56,318 nt of DNA, taken from positions 1 through 56,318 of the IMG/VR virus record IMGVR_UViG_3300036857_000036; one strand, given 5' to 3'. The notes under the pieces are model-generated. The model searched no databases. It saw only the letters and a list, made by a program, of their open reading frames with translations, and was not told the DNA's origin. This DNA comes from a virus. Lineage: Duplodnaviria; Caudoviricetes. Shown in pieces: positions 17,698 to 26,678 of this stretch; position 1 is the stretch's first letter; each line of letters begins with the position of its first letter. The position numbers and the translations under genes were made by a program.

Positions 17698-18737
17698 TAG
17701 CTGACCCTCACTGGCTTGATCGCAATTCGGCGCCAGCGAACATGCCCATTTGTCGTACCACCGCCGTTGTTGTAGTAACGAACGCGCAAGTTGTCTCCCG
17801 CAACCACACCAGTGACCTTCCCGGCATGCGGCAGATTGAAGGCATTACCGCCAGCTACGACAAACATCATCGCAATATGCGGACCGCCGCCCGCATTAGC
17901 ATTAGTTCCACGCAGGGCAAGCAGCGTCTGCAACGCAGACTGCGCGCTACCCGCGTGGTAATGATTAGCGTCAATATCGTAGTTGTACTCACCACTCAGC
18001 GGAGCGATGATTTGGGGGCCCACAGTTGTCGCGTCATGTTCGAGGCCATCGGCAGCAAAAGACTCGTCGGTGGCAATGACGGCCTCAAGCGGCGCACCAC
18101 CGACAAATTCCCACTTGAAGGTTGAGGCCGAACCCGCGTTGTACTTCAAGTGCCACAATATGCCATTCGCTGCGTCGGCGACGTAGTGAACCTCCATGCC
18201 GTCCGTGATTGCAGCCGGCATATTACCAGTCCCTGGCGTCAATGACGTGACTCGCGGCGGTGAGCCGACAGGCCCCTGCGGCCCAGCCGGATACGCTGTA
18301 ACGAGTTGCGTATCAAACTCGACAACCGACAGATCCAGCCACCCGCCGGCAGCACCCGTGTACGGCGGGCCAATGTTGAAGAACTGGACGGAGCCATCCG
18401 CCATCACCTGGATCAAAGCAAAGCCTGCAATGTGCGCACAAACGAAGCGTTCCGTCTTGGCAGGTCTGTAGCCAACCGGGAGCGTCCAGGCAATTGAAGT
18501 TGGTGCAGGAGCTGTCACGAGCCCCTTGAGGTTTACATGTCCGAACGGGTCCTTGCGGAATCCGGCAGTCTCCTCAGTTGCCGCGTTATAGTTGCTCCAT
18601 CCGGAAGTGAATGCCGTCCCCAGCCCGGTCGATGCGTCACCGACGAGATGCCATCCATCCATCGCGACGGGATTAGCGATCGACAAATTGGCGCGCTTGG
18701 CGCGGCCCTGCGAGTCATAGATCGTTAGCGGGCTCAT
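17697..18737 (-). CDS. Tail fiber/receptor-binding protein, paralog 1
   Basis: FRKDPFGHVNLKG, TLPVGYRP; homologous to the adjacent gene. Confidence 0.7.
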   Translation of the reverse strand: MSPLTIYDSQGRAKRANLSIANPVAMDGWHLVGDASTGLGTAFTSGWSNYNAATEETAGFRKDPFGHVNLKGLVTAPAPTSIAWTLPVGYRPAKTERFVCAHIAGFALIQVMADGSVQFFNIGPPYTGAAGGWLDLSVVEFDTQLVTAYPAGPQGPVGSPPRVTSLTPGTGNMPAAITDGMEVHYVADAANGILWHLKYNAGSASTFKWEFVGGAPLEAVIATDESFAADGLEHDATTVGPQIIAPLSGEYNYDIDANHYHAGSAQSALQTLLALRGTNANAGGGPHIAMMFVVAGGNAFNLPHAGKVTGVVAGDNLRVRYYNNGGGTTNGHVRWRRIAIKPVRVS

Positions 18738-19714
18738 CCGACCCTCACAGGCATCGCTCGAAGACAGGCCGCTTGGTTCGACACGCTGATCGATGATCCA
18801 GCATTATGCTGAGTTCGTGGTCGCAATGTTGATCCGGCATTCAACTGTGACTTCCGTCGGACAGCAAATGAGTGAGTTCCGCCGGCAGTAGAAATCACAC
18901 CAAGTTGGGATGTAGTAGTAGATGGCTCAGTACCATTGATTTGAAATCCAATGAACACCGTCGACACAACTGAAACTCCAATTGAGCAAGTATAGTCGAC
19001 ATTATACTCACCTACCAGTGGCGGCACAATTGCGGGATCTGAGTTGAATGTCCCCCATGTCCCAGTCGAAAATGGATTGAAGACTTGCTGGGGAAGATAC
19101 TCAGCCACGAGTGGGGCGCCACCGATGACTTCCCACTTGTATGTTCCGCCGCCGGTGCGATAGCGCAGGTGCCAAATGACGCCGTTGGTCGCATCCGCGA
19201 GGTAGTAAACCTCCATGCCGTCGTACAGCCCAGTCGTCGGCAGCGAGGTGACGAGAGGCGGCGGCGTGTAGACGCCGACGGGAACCGCCCATGGGCCGAC
19301 TGACTCCGTGTCGAACTCGATGGAGTTGAGATCAACGCTAGTCGAAACACTCGCGCCCGTCAGGTTGAACGGGATGAGATTGCCGGAGGACGCAGAAATC
19401 GTGACATAAGCCATTCCACCAGCCGCCATCACCGGCAGAGTAAGGTCCTGCGTCGGACGGTATCCAAGCGGCAAGACAAACATGCCATTACCGCTAGCGC
19501 CAGTCTTGGCACTCCCGGCAATACGCACACGTCCATCAGGGTACTTGCGGAACCGAGGACCCGGCGCAGAAAGGGCGACCCATCCACCTGTGAAGGCGGT
19601 GCCCAGCCCGGTCGCCGAATCGCCAACGATGTGCCAGATGTCGAGATTGGAGATCTGTTGGACATAGTCCGAGCCCTTGAGGAGCCCGTCCTTGGTGTAA
19701 ATCCTGAGAGTCAC
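18734..19714 (-). CDS. Tail fiber/receptor-binding protein, paralog 2
   Basis: FRKYPDGRVRIAG, VLPLGYRP; GTG start overlapping the upstream stop. Confidence 0.7.
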   Translation of the reverse strand: MTLRIYTKDGLLKGSDYVQQISNLDIWHIVGDSATGLGTAFTGGWVALSAPGPRFRKYPDGRVRIAGSAKTGASGNGMFVLPLGYRPTQDLTLPVMAAGGMAYVTISASSGNLIPFNLTGASVSTSVDLNSIEFDTESVGPWAVPVGVYTPPPLVTSLPTTGLYDGMEVYYLADATNGVIWHLRYRTGGGTYKWEVIGGAPLVAEYLPQQVFNPFSTGTWGTFNSDPAIVPPLVGEYNVDYTCSIGVSVVSTVFIGFQINGTEPSTTTSQLGVISTAGGTHSFAVRRKSQLNAGSTLRPRTQHNAGSSISVSNQAACLRAMPVRVG

Positions 19715-20022
19715 GGAGTGATCTCCACGCCTGAGACGATGTAGTCGAATCCACCGGTTGGATTGACGATATTCGAGATATACAACATCATCCCATCGCC
19801 AATCGCCAGACTCCCCTCCCACTCAGCCCACTCGCCCGCACCGAGAGCGATCTGGGGGATCAACGGCTTGCCTGCGGCGTTGAGCCGAAATGTTCCGCCG
19901 GTGGTAACTGGTACGATGTTGATTTCCTTGATGATGGCATCAGCCCCTGCCGGGACGGTGTAAATGTTGCCGCTCGCGGCGTTGTTGCCTTGGGCCATGA
20001 TCTTATAGTCTTCAGGCATCAA
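19711..20022 (-). CDS. Small virion-associated protein
   Basis: IYTVPAG...SGVEIT beta-rich protein in the tail operon. Confidence 0.6.
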   Translation of the reverse strand: MMPEDYKIMAQGNNAASGNIYTVPAGADAIIKEINIVPVTTGGTFRLNAAGKPLIPQIALGAGEWAEWEGSLAIGDGMMLYISNIVNPTGGFDYIVSGVEITP

Positions 20023-20657
20023 TCACTATCTCCCATGAAGAATGCGAACGACTTCGATCCACCAGTGCCGACGCCGACCTGCTTCCAGGTTGTCCCGTCG
20101 AAGAACCAGGGATTGCCATTGTAGAGAACCATCTGCCCAGGCACCGAGCTTGCGGGATCAGGCAGTGATGAGACGACAACGAGTGGCGTACCGGGCGGCC
20201 CTTGAGTGCCAGTGTCGCCCTTGTCGCCCTTGACACCTTGGATGCCCTGGATGCCCTGGATGCCTTGATCACCCTTGTCACCCTTGGGGCCTTGATTGCC
20301 TGTCGCGCCCTTCTCGGCAACAACCTGCCACGGAGCGTTGGGTGGCAGCGTGCCGGCAGTTGTTGCTGCTGTAGCCAGATAGCTCGATCCATTGTACGAA
20401 ACGCCATCGTTCTTGGCGTACGCTGTCGTGGCTGAAAATGCACCCCGCCAGTTCAGCGCCGGTCCTGGTGAACCAGGATCGCCCTTGTCGCCCTTCGCGC
20501 CGGTGACGTACGGGAGCAGATGCCAGACCTTGAGCCCATCGCCAACCTTCCACTTGAAGGTATCCTTCTCAACTCCAATCTCACCCTCAGCCAGCAACGG
20601 ATCGGCGGCAGTCCATTCGGCGGCGGTCCCACGGCGCATCTGAATGATCTGTGCCAT
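20019..20657 (-). CDS. Collagen-repeat fiber protein with Mtd_N/hyaluronidase-type N-terminal domain
   Basis: IQMRRGTAAEWTAADPLLAEGEIGVEKDT..WKVGDG...LPY; G-X-Y runs; WRGAFSATTAYAKNDGVSYNGSSY. Confidence 0.8.
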   Translation of the reverse strand: MAQIIQMRRGTAAEWTAADPLLAEGEIGVEKDTFKWKVGDGLKVWHLLPYVTGAKGDKGDPGSPGPALNWRGAFSATTAYAKNDGVSYNGSSYLATAATTAGTLPPNAPWQVVAEKGATGNQGPKGDKGDQGIQGIQGIQGVKGDKGDTGTQGPPGTPLVVVSSLPDPASSVPGQMVLYNGNPWFFDGTTWKQVGVGTGGSKSFAFFMGDSD

Positions 20658-20992
20658 CAGTCCCTCACCACGCCGTTACCGTCAACATTGCACATGCCGC
20701 CATAGAGGGTGTCGGGCTTGCCTCCGTCGATGTTCTGACAACAGTCGCCCTGTCCGGCGCCCGAGCCGGGATAGATCACATAGATCGTTCCATCTTGTGC
20801 AACTGCAACACAGACCTGCGAATCTTCATCCAGCCCGGTGCCGCCGACGACGGGACCCCAAAGTGCTTGACTATCATCGACCTTGACGTACATGCCGTCC
20901 GATCGCTCGCAGATCTTTCCATCCACGATCTGCTGATCGACTGCCAGACCCAGCGACTGCTTCACGAACAATTTGGCTAGCTCAGGCATCAT
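20657..20992 (-). CDS. Probable baseplate spike/assembly protein
   Basis: Position after the hub; short OB-like beta region. Confidence 0.45.
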   Translation of the reverse strand: MMPELAKLFVKQSLGLAVDQQIVDGKICERSDGMYVKVDDSQALWGPVVGGTGLDEDSQVCVAVAQDGTIYVIYPGSGAGQGDCCQNIDGGKPDTLYGGMCNVDGNGVVRD

Positions 20993-23043
20993 GCACCCGG
21001 CCAGTGTCGTGCAGTGAAACGGCCTTGGTCATTCCGCGGCGTGCTGCGGAGATGCGGACCATCGCCGGACTTACCATCACCATGCGCAGATGTATCGAAG
21101 CGCTTGGCCTCGCCGATCCCATGGAACTCGATCCAGACGTGTCCGCTATTCGCCCAGACTGTGAAGTGCTTGCCCTTACCCGGCTGACCCCAGGAACTTG
21201 CGAACTCGCCCGACACAATCGCAGTCTGCCCATGAAACATCCCAGCACGATACAGGGCCAGCGAGCAGGACGATGAGCAGTCCATGTGGTCGTTGGACGC
21301 GATCTGGCTGAGTGGCTTCCCGTGCGAGCCGCCATACACGTAGCTCGTCGCATTGTCGGAGATGCGCTGACATTCAAGGTACAGTTTGCCCGACTTCGAG
21401 TCAGCATCAACATCGAGCCAAGGATCAACCTGCGACTGATTGCGCGTCTCAAGAGTGGTCGCAGGCTCCTTCTTGGACGGACCCGGCGTCTTGATTGTGA
21501 TATCGCAGACCGGGCTGAACCAGTCACGATCAACCTGCGAAACAATCCAGCGCCCGTCGGGGATCACAAATCCATCTAGCTCAATGACGGCACCGGGCGG
21601 CGCACCCCATTGATTCAGATCAACGGTCAACGTCGCTTCGCTGACCGGCTTGCCCCAGTCTACGTCATACGACATGTCGAGCAAGTAGGAGCTATCAGGA
21701 CGGATGACGTAACGCACACGCTGCCGATACAGATCCTCCTCGCTGATGTAGTACATTGCGTTACCTACCATAAAGCAACGCCATGCAACCTCATCGGCAA
21801 GACGTTGGATGCAAGTCCAGCTATCCTCGTCCTTGTCGCGCGTGTACTGGAAGCTCTTGCGGTAAGTACCACCGCCGCTATCCGGCAGCGACCCACCTTG
21901 CCAGGCTGAGACAAATGCCTCGGCTTCGTCCAGATACTTGTCGTAGGCGCCAGGATTGCCTGAGCCTTGGACCTGCTGCGCGATCCAGCCAATTGTCTCA
22001 TTAGGGTGCTTCTTGGCAACTTCAACCGCGCCGCCCTTGCCCCAGAAGCCCTTGGTCATGAACTGGTCAACGCACCAGTCAATGTCAAGGCTCTTCTGCG
22101 AGCTACCCGATGTTGAGACCCGCACCTGTAGAATGCCCAATGAGTCGCGGTCGCCCTTTCGCAGATTGCGAACCTGACTCTCGACGATGACCGCTGCCAT
22201 ACAGGCAGTTACGCTGCGCTTATCAGCCCCGTCTGCCTGACTGGCTTGCGTCAATACCTCGTCGGCATTACGGATCTGATCGGCTTGCGCCGTCTTGCCC
22301 TTGATCTTGAGATCATGACCCGAAAAGCCTGCCCGTCCAGTCCCGGACTGAAGCGTGACCTTATTGTCCGGCTCCTGCGTCTTTGCGATGGGCTGCTTGA
22401 CGTGAAGTTCGGGGCAGACAAACGGAACGGTCCAAGACTTGATCTCCCGAACAAGCGCAAGAATGAACTCAGCCCGTGTCGCGTCACTCCTGCTTGAGCG
22501 GCGCTCAACGCCCTTCTTGCGCCTGAGCCAATAGATCGTCCTGTCCTCAAAAGTCAGAACTGACTCGGAAGTTGCGTACTGGTACTTGACCCCGACGAGT
22601 CGGAACACCACCGTGTCAATCTCAACCTCAGCCGCGCGTCCTAGCATCGTTGGAGGCAGGATCGGCTCCCATGCCTCATCGATGTCGATCACGCCCTCCA
22701 TTGTCTTCTTGTTGATTCCACCTGGAGGGATCTTCTTGGCGCGGACGCGCTTGGCCGCAACGCTGAAGATGCGCTGGTTGGGATCGCGGACTGTGATCTC
22801 GAAGGTCGAGGCTTGATCCATCGAGCGTGTGAAGTGAACTCCTGTGATGGCGGCCTTGATGTTGAGATCCGTGACGCGCTTGTCGACCCAATTCAGGATT
22901 AGATCATCAACCGTGTAGTCCGGCTTCATACCGACAAGTTCCCACTTCTTCCACTCGGCCTTATTGCGCCAAACGGAAGCCTCCCATCCAACGGGGTCCC
23001 ATGAGGGCGACTTTGTTGCCCGAGCTACGGCTGTGGCTGCCAT
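20989..23043 (-). CDS. Baseplate hub/tail-associated lysin (lysozyme-like insert + C-terminal NlpC/P60-like peptidase)
   Basis: VESQVRNLRKGDRDSLGILQ; EDSWTCIQRLADEVAW; YVYGGSH...MDCSSSCS...GHVW. Confidence 0.8.
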   Translation of the reverse strand: MAATAVARATKSPSWDPVGWEASVWRNKAEWKKWELVGMKPDYTVDDLILNWVDKRVTDLNIKAAITGVHFTRSMDQASTFEITVRDPNQRIFSVAAKRVRAKKIPPGGINKKTMEGVIDIDEAWEPILPPTMLGRAAEVEIDTVVFRLVGVKYQYATSESVLTFEDRTIYWLRRKKGVERRSSRSDATRAEFILALVREIKSWTVPFVCPELHVKQPIAKTQEPDNKVTLQSGTGRAGFSGHDLKIKGKTAQADQIRNADEVLTQASQADGADKRSVTACMAAVIVESQVRNLRKGDRDSLGILQVRVSTSGSSQKSLDIDWCVDQFMTKGFWGKGGAVEVAKKHPNETIGWIAQQVQGSGNPGAYDKYLDEAEAFVSAWQGGSLPDSGGGTYRKSFQYTRDKDEDSWTCIQRLADEVAWRCFMVGNAMYYISEEDLYRQRVRYVIRPDSSYLLDMSYDVDWGKPVSEATLTVDLNQWGAPPGAVIELDGFVIPDGRWIVSQVDRDWFSPVCDITIKTPGPSKKEPATTLETRNQSQVDPWLDVDADSKSGKLYLECQRISDNATSYVYGGSHGKPLSQIASNDHMDCSSSCSLALYRAGMFHGQTAIVSGEFASSWGQPGKGKHFTVWANSGHVWIEFHGIGEAKRFDTSAHGDGKSGDGPHLRSTPRNDQGRFTARHWPGA

Positions 23044-23750
23044 TACTTCGTTCTGCTCGATTGACTCGCGTTGCTGTCCTTCTTGGCCGGTACTCTGATC
23101 TTCGATCCGTCAAGCAAGTTCTGATTGGCTTTGTAGATCACGCCTGGGTTCAACTCACGGAGTGTCGTCCATTTCACGCCGCGCCGTCGCGCAATTGTCG
23201 CTGGCGTATCTCCGCGCTTGACCTTGAGCGTCACGACGGTTGCCTTCTTGGCTCCCATCAGTGCACCCTTGGCCATTGGCAGGTACTGCGGACTGATGTA
23301 CTCGATGAAATGAATCGTCAGATCCTGCCGAATGCGGTGCATGTCGTTACGCCGCAGATAGTCACCCTGGTCGATTGTGTCGATCACCCATTCCATGCTC
23401 GGATCGACTTCAGGTAGACCGGCAACATGTAGAATGCCGGGCGGCGACTTCTTGGTGCCGCGCCAACAGTCGTACAGCTTGCCAATCTTGATCTCTTGCC
23501 CCTTCTGTTCCCTGAGCCCGTCGATCAAGATGTTGAGATCAAGACGCCAAGGGCCCATGCCCTTAGGAATCGTCATCGAGACCTGATTGGCACGCGGAAC
23601 AACATCCCACGGCCCTTCATCAGTAGTGATCTTTGGAAGCTCTGCGCCAAAGCGCTCCTGGATCGCCAGGTCCGGCTCGTCGCACCAGATCCGCACGAAG
23701 CCAGCAGGGACTTGACCGTCAGGGAAGGGATTCAATCTCCGACTCGGCAT
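23043..23750 (-). CDS. LysM-domain tail tube initiator-like protein
   Basis: VKRGDTPATIARRRGVKWTTLRELNP...GSKIRVP; follows the tape measure. Confidence 0.8.
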   Translation of the reverse strand: MPSRRLNPFPDGQVPAGFVRIWCDEPDLAIQERFGAELPKITTDEGPWDVVPRANQVSMTIPKGMGPWRLDLNILIDGLREQKGQEIKIGKLYDCWRGTKKSPPGILHVAGLPEVDPSMEWVIDTIDQGDYLRRNDMHRIRQDLTIHFIEYISPQYLPMAKGALMGAKKATVVTLKVKRGDTPATIARRRGVKWTTLRELNPGVIYKANQNLLDGSKIRVPAKKDSNASQSSRTK

Positions 23751-25504
23751 CAGGTCCTCGCCATCACATCAGCCGTATCGTCCGCAACTGCGCGAGCAAC
23801 TTCGCGGCCGCGAATGATCACAGGCACCGTTGTGCGAATTCCGATTGACGGCATTGACACCGGTGGCATCGTGCCCGTCGGATACACATACGAGCGGTTC
23901 GGCATCTTCACGAGTTCAGGACCGCGCTCGCCGACTATGTTCCAGCCCGAGGCCCAACCGCCACTCTGCTGGTGTCCAACAACGCTCGGCAATCCCCTGT
24001 ACGCCTTGGGCTTCGTCGTCTGATGAATGCCGCCCATTCCCGCAACCTTGCTACCACTCGGTCCACTCCCAACAAAGTCCTTCAATTGCGAACCACGATG
24101 CTTGAGATCGCGCCACAGTTCGCCCCACCCCTTCTTGCCCGAGTACTGGTTCAGAGCAGGAATGCTCTTGGCGATCTCAAGCGCCATATATCCAGCCGCG
24201 ACAATACCAATCGTCCGACCAAGCCACATACCAAAGTTTGTAGCACCAACCTTGATCTTACCCTTCCAACCGGCAGTCTCGGCAACGGTGGTCTTTGTAT
24301 ACGATGAACTAAACTTTTCAGCTGCACTCCGGCCGAGCACATTGAAGAGACCAAGCTTTGAAGCCAGTCCGAGCGCGATGAAGAGTTTTGCCCAGACGCC
24401 CGCGTGCCACCATGCCGTTGCAAATGCAAGTGCCGCCTTGGGTGCTGCGTTGGCAATGTGGTCCATGATGATTGGGAGCGCATAGTCGATTGCATCGGTC
24501 AGACGCTTACCGAGATTTGCCTCCTTGATCTTCTGTCCAATCTGCGCCGCAAGTGGTCCCATGTACGTGCGGATAGACTGAATCGAAAACTGAATCTTCT
24601 GCTTTGTCGTAAGTGCATTGTCAGACCAAAAACTCTGGATTTGCCCCATCGTTGTATTCAGCGCCGGGAACACATCCTTCTTGAGCGCTGTGAACAACGG
24701 CTTGAACATGATGCCCAGAGTATACTTCGCACCCTCCTTCAAGTTGGCCAGCATACCATTGAACGTCTGAGACTGCTTCTGAGTTGCTCCGCCGTACTCC
24801 TTGTTCATCTCCGCAAGCAGAATTGGAAGTGCCTTGGCGCTCTTGATTGCGCCCTTCTTCATCTGCTTGTTGAGATCCTTCATAGAGATACCCATGCCCC
24901 GCGCGAGCAGCTTGGTGGCCGGGAAAATTTCACCTAGCTGCCCGCGCAGTTCCTCGGCGCTGATCTGACCCTTGGCGGACATCTGCATGAATGCGTAGGT
25001 CATACGCTGCAGATCTTCTGGATTACGACCGAGAGCAGACAGCGTATCCGAGAATGACGTCAGAGTTGGAACAATCTTCTTGGCATCGAACCCGGTACCA
25101 ATCAATTGCTGCGCTGACTTGACCATCTCTTGAACGCCAAACAGCGGCGCCCGCAAAGCGAAGTCACGAACATCCTTGACGACCTTCCGTGCTTCATCTC
25201 CGTTGCGGAGGAGGGTCTTCATGCCGATCTGCGCCTGCTCCATTCCGGCATCAAACTTCAGACCCGTGACTGCTGCCATTGTACCGAGTGTTGCCAACCC
25301 TGCCGTCAACGGCTTAGCAGCAGCCCATGCGATATTGAAAGGTGTCGCCAGTCCTGCGATTGACGCCCCGAGAACTCTGGATCCACGACTTGCCTTTGCG
25401 CTTGCGACATCCAGCTTTCCGAGTTCAACCGCCCCCGCACGGACGCCTGAAACGTAGGACCGCTGGCCCATTAGCTTCAGTACGGTGACGATTGTATCTG
25501 CCAT
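23750..25504 (-). CDS. Tape measure protein
   Basis: FALRAPLFGVQEM, QMSAKGQISAEELRGQLGE, SQTFNGMLANLKE; C-terminal VGERGPELV. Confidence 0.9.
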   Translation of the reverse strand: MADTIVTVLKLMGQRSYVSGVRAGAVELGKLDVASAKASRGSRVLGASIAGLATPFNIAWAAAKPLTAGLATLGTMAAVTGLKFDAGMEQAQIGMKTLLRNGDEARKVVKDVRDFALRAPLFGVQEMVKSAQQLIGTGFDAKKIVPTLTSFSDTLSALGRNPEDLQRMTYAFMQMSAKGQISAEELRGQLGEIFPATKLLARGMGISMKDLNKQMKKGAIKSAKALPILLAEMNKEYGGATQKQSQTFNGMLANLKEGAKYTLGIMFKPLFTALKKDVFPALNTTMGQIQSFWSDNALTTKQKIQFSIQSIRTYMGPLAAQIGQKIKEANLGKRLTDAIDYALPIIMDHIANAAPKAALAFATAWWHAGVWAKLFIALGLASKLGLFNVLGRSAAEKFSSSYTKTTVAETAGWKGKIKVGATNFGMWLGRTIGIVAAGYMALEIAKSIPALNQYSGKKGWGELWRDLKHRGSQLKDFVGSGPSGSKVAGMGGIHQTTKPKAYRGLPSVVGHQQSGGWASGWNIVGERGPELVKMPNRSYVYPTGTMPPVSMPSIGIRTTVPVIIRGREVARAVADDTADVMART

Positions 25505-25724
25505 TATCGCTGTCTCTTGCGTCCTCGTTTCACAGCCTCAGCCAACTCGTAGATTACCATGTTGGCGAGATTGTGATCCCATTGCTCCTTGATTCTCTGA
25601 GCCTCCAAGATAGTTGCGATTAGAATGCCCCGTTCAATGGGCTCGGCTCGAAGCAGATGCGCTGGACTTATCCCGATCAGTCCACCAACTGCCAGAACCT
25701 CAATCCACTGACCGGCTAGCCTTC
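25504..25724 (-). CDS. Tail assembly chaperone, -1 frameshift extension (GT-like)
   Basis: The -1 frame after GGGGGAA is open (GRLAGQWIEV...GRKRQR) and its TAA overlaps the tape measure ATG. Confidence 0.8.
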
Positions 25725-26246
25725 CCCCAAGTCATCTTCATCCTGAGGATTCTTCATCCATTCGGAGACTTGATCCCCATGGGAACCGATGGCGATGCCG
25801 TTGCGGCCAAACAACATCGAGATGACCTCACGCGCCGTCAGTTGTGCGCCGCTCGGAATGGGCAGGCTGAGGAGCACCGCAAGTCGGTGCTCAAGAAGAA
25901 CAGGGCCGCGCTCGTCTTGCAGAATCTCCTTTGATCCAGTATTGGGGTCGTGGCCGACGACAGCAACGCACGCACGCGCCATCATGTCCATGTTGAGTTG
26001 AATCGCCGGTGAGTCATCCTTTTGCTGAAGCAGGAACTGATCCATGACTTCCGGCGCCAGTGGCTTGTACCGAATCATCAACCACTCTCCAAAGGCTCCC
26101 CCAACGGGAAAGTCCTTGGTGGTCTCCTTCTGCTGACGTGCCGCAGCCTTGCGAATTCGCGACATAAGCGAGCCGGGAGCAGCATCCGTGCTGCTTCCCT
26201 CGGGCTCGGGCTGGGGCACGTTCTCACCCGTGACGATCTCAACCAT
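25716..26246 (-). CDS. Tail assembly chaperone (G-like)
   Basis: Between tube and tape measure; ends TTG GGG GAA GGC TAG. Confidence 0.8.
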   Translation of the reverse strand: MVEIVTGENVPQPEPEGSSTDAAPGSLMSRIRKAAARQQKETTKDFPVGGAFGEWLMIRYKPLAPEVMDQFLLQQKDDSPAIQLNMDMMARACVAVVGHDPNTGSKEILQDERGPVLLEHRLAVLLSLPIPSGAQLTAREVISMLFGRNGIAIGSHGDQVSEWMKNPQDEDDLGEG

Positions 26247-26665
26247 CAGGGCGAGTAGGTGTCGAGGGTGAAGGCCAGTTCCACGAGCGCGGCATCGCCG
26301 GACTCGTTGTCCACCTCGGGCGGCGTGTACGTCTTGAGCGTGCCGCCAGCGACGATGGGTGCCCCGGTCGGATTGCCATGGAAGTCAAGCGGCGTCATGC
26401 CGATGGCTCCGCGACCTGCTCCGACCTGGGAATGGAACCAGCCAAAGATCGGGTGATCTCGCTGGGTGTCGTAGTAGCGGCTCATCGTGAGCTCACCATA
26501 CGTCTTGTGTCCTCCGAGGCTGATCTCGGCCTGCAGGCCGCCTGGCGGGTACTTGTTCTCGTCCGAGTCGATCTCACCACCGGACTTCTTGTCCCAGATG
26601 CCCAGGTCGCGACCCTCCAAAACGAGAGTCACTAGCCAGGTGTCTTGACGTGTTGGGTCAGGCAC
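26246..26665 (-). CDS. Tail tube protein
   Basis: 139 aa after the sheath; WDKKSGGE, ELTMSR, ALVELAF. Confidence 0.8.
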   Translation of the reverse strand: MPDPTRQDTWLVTLVLEGRDLGIWDKKSGGEIDSDENKYPPGGLQAEISLGGHKTYGELTMSRYYDTQRDHPIFGWFHSQVGAGRGAIGMTPLDFHGNPTGAPIVAGGTLKTYTPPEVDNESGDAALVELAFTLDTYSP

Positions 26666-26678
26666 TCATATCACCTCC

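Noticed and set aside
17697-20657. Diversity-generating retroelement suggested by the Mtd_N domain and fiber repeats
   Set aside because: No reverse transcriptase and no adenine-specific TR/VR pair; the similarity is ordinary paralogy.
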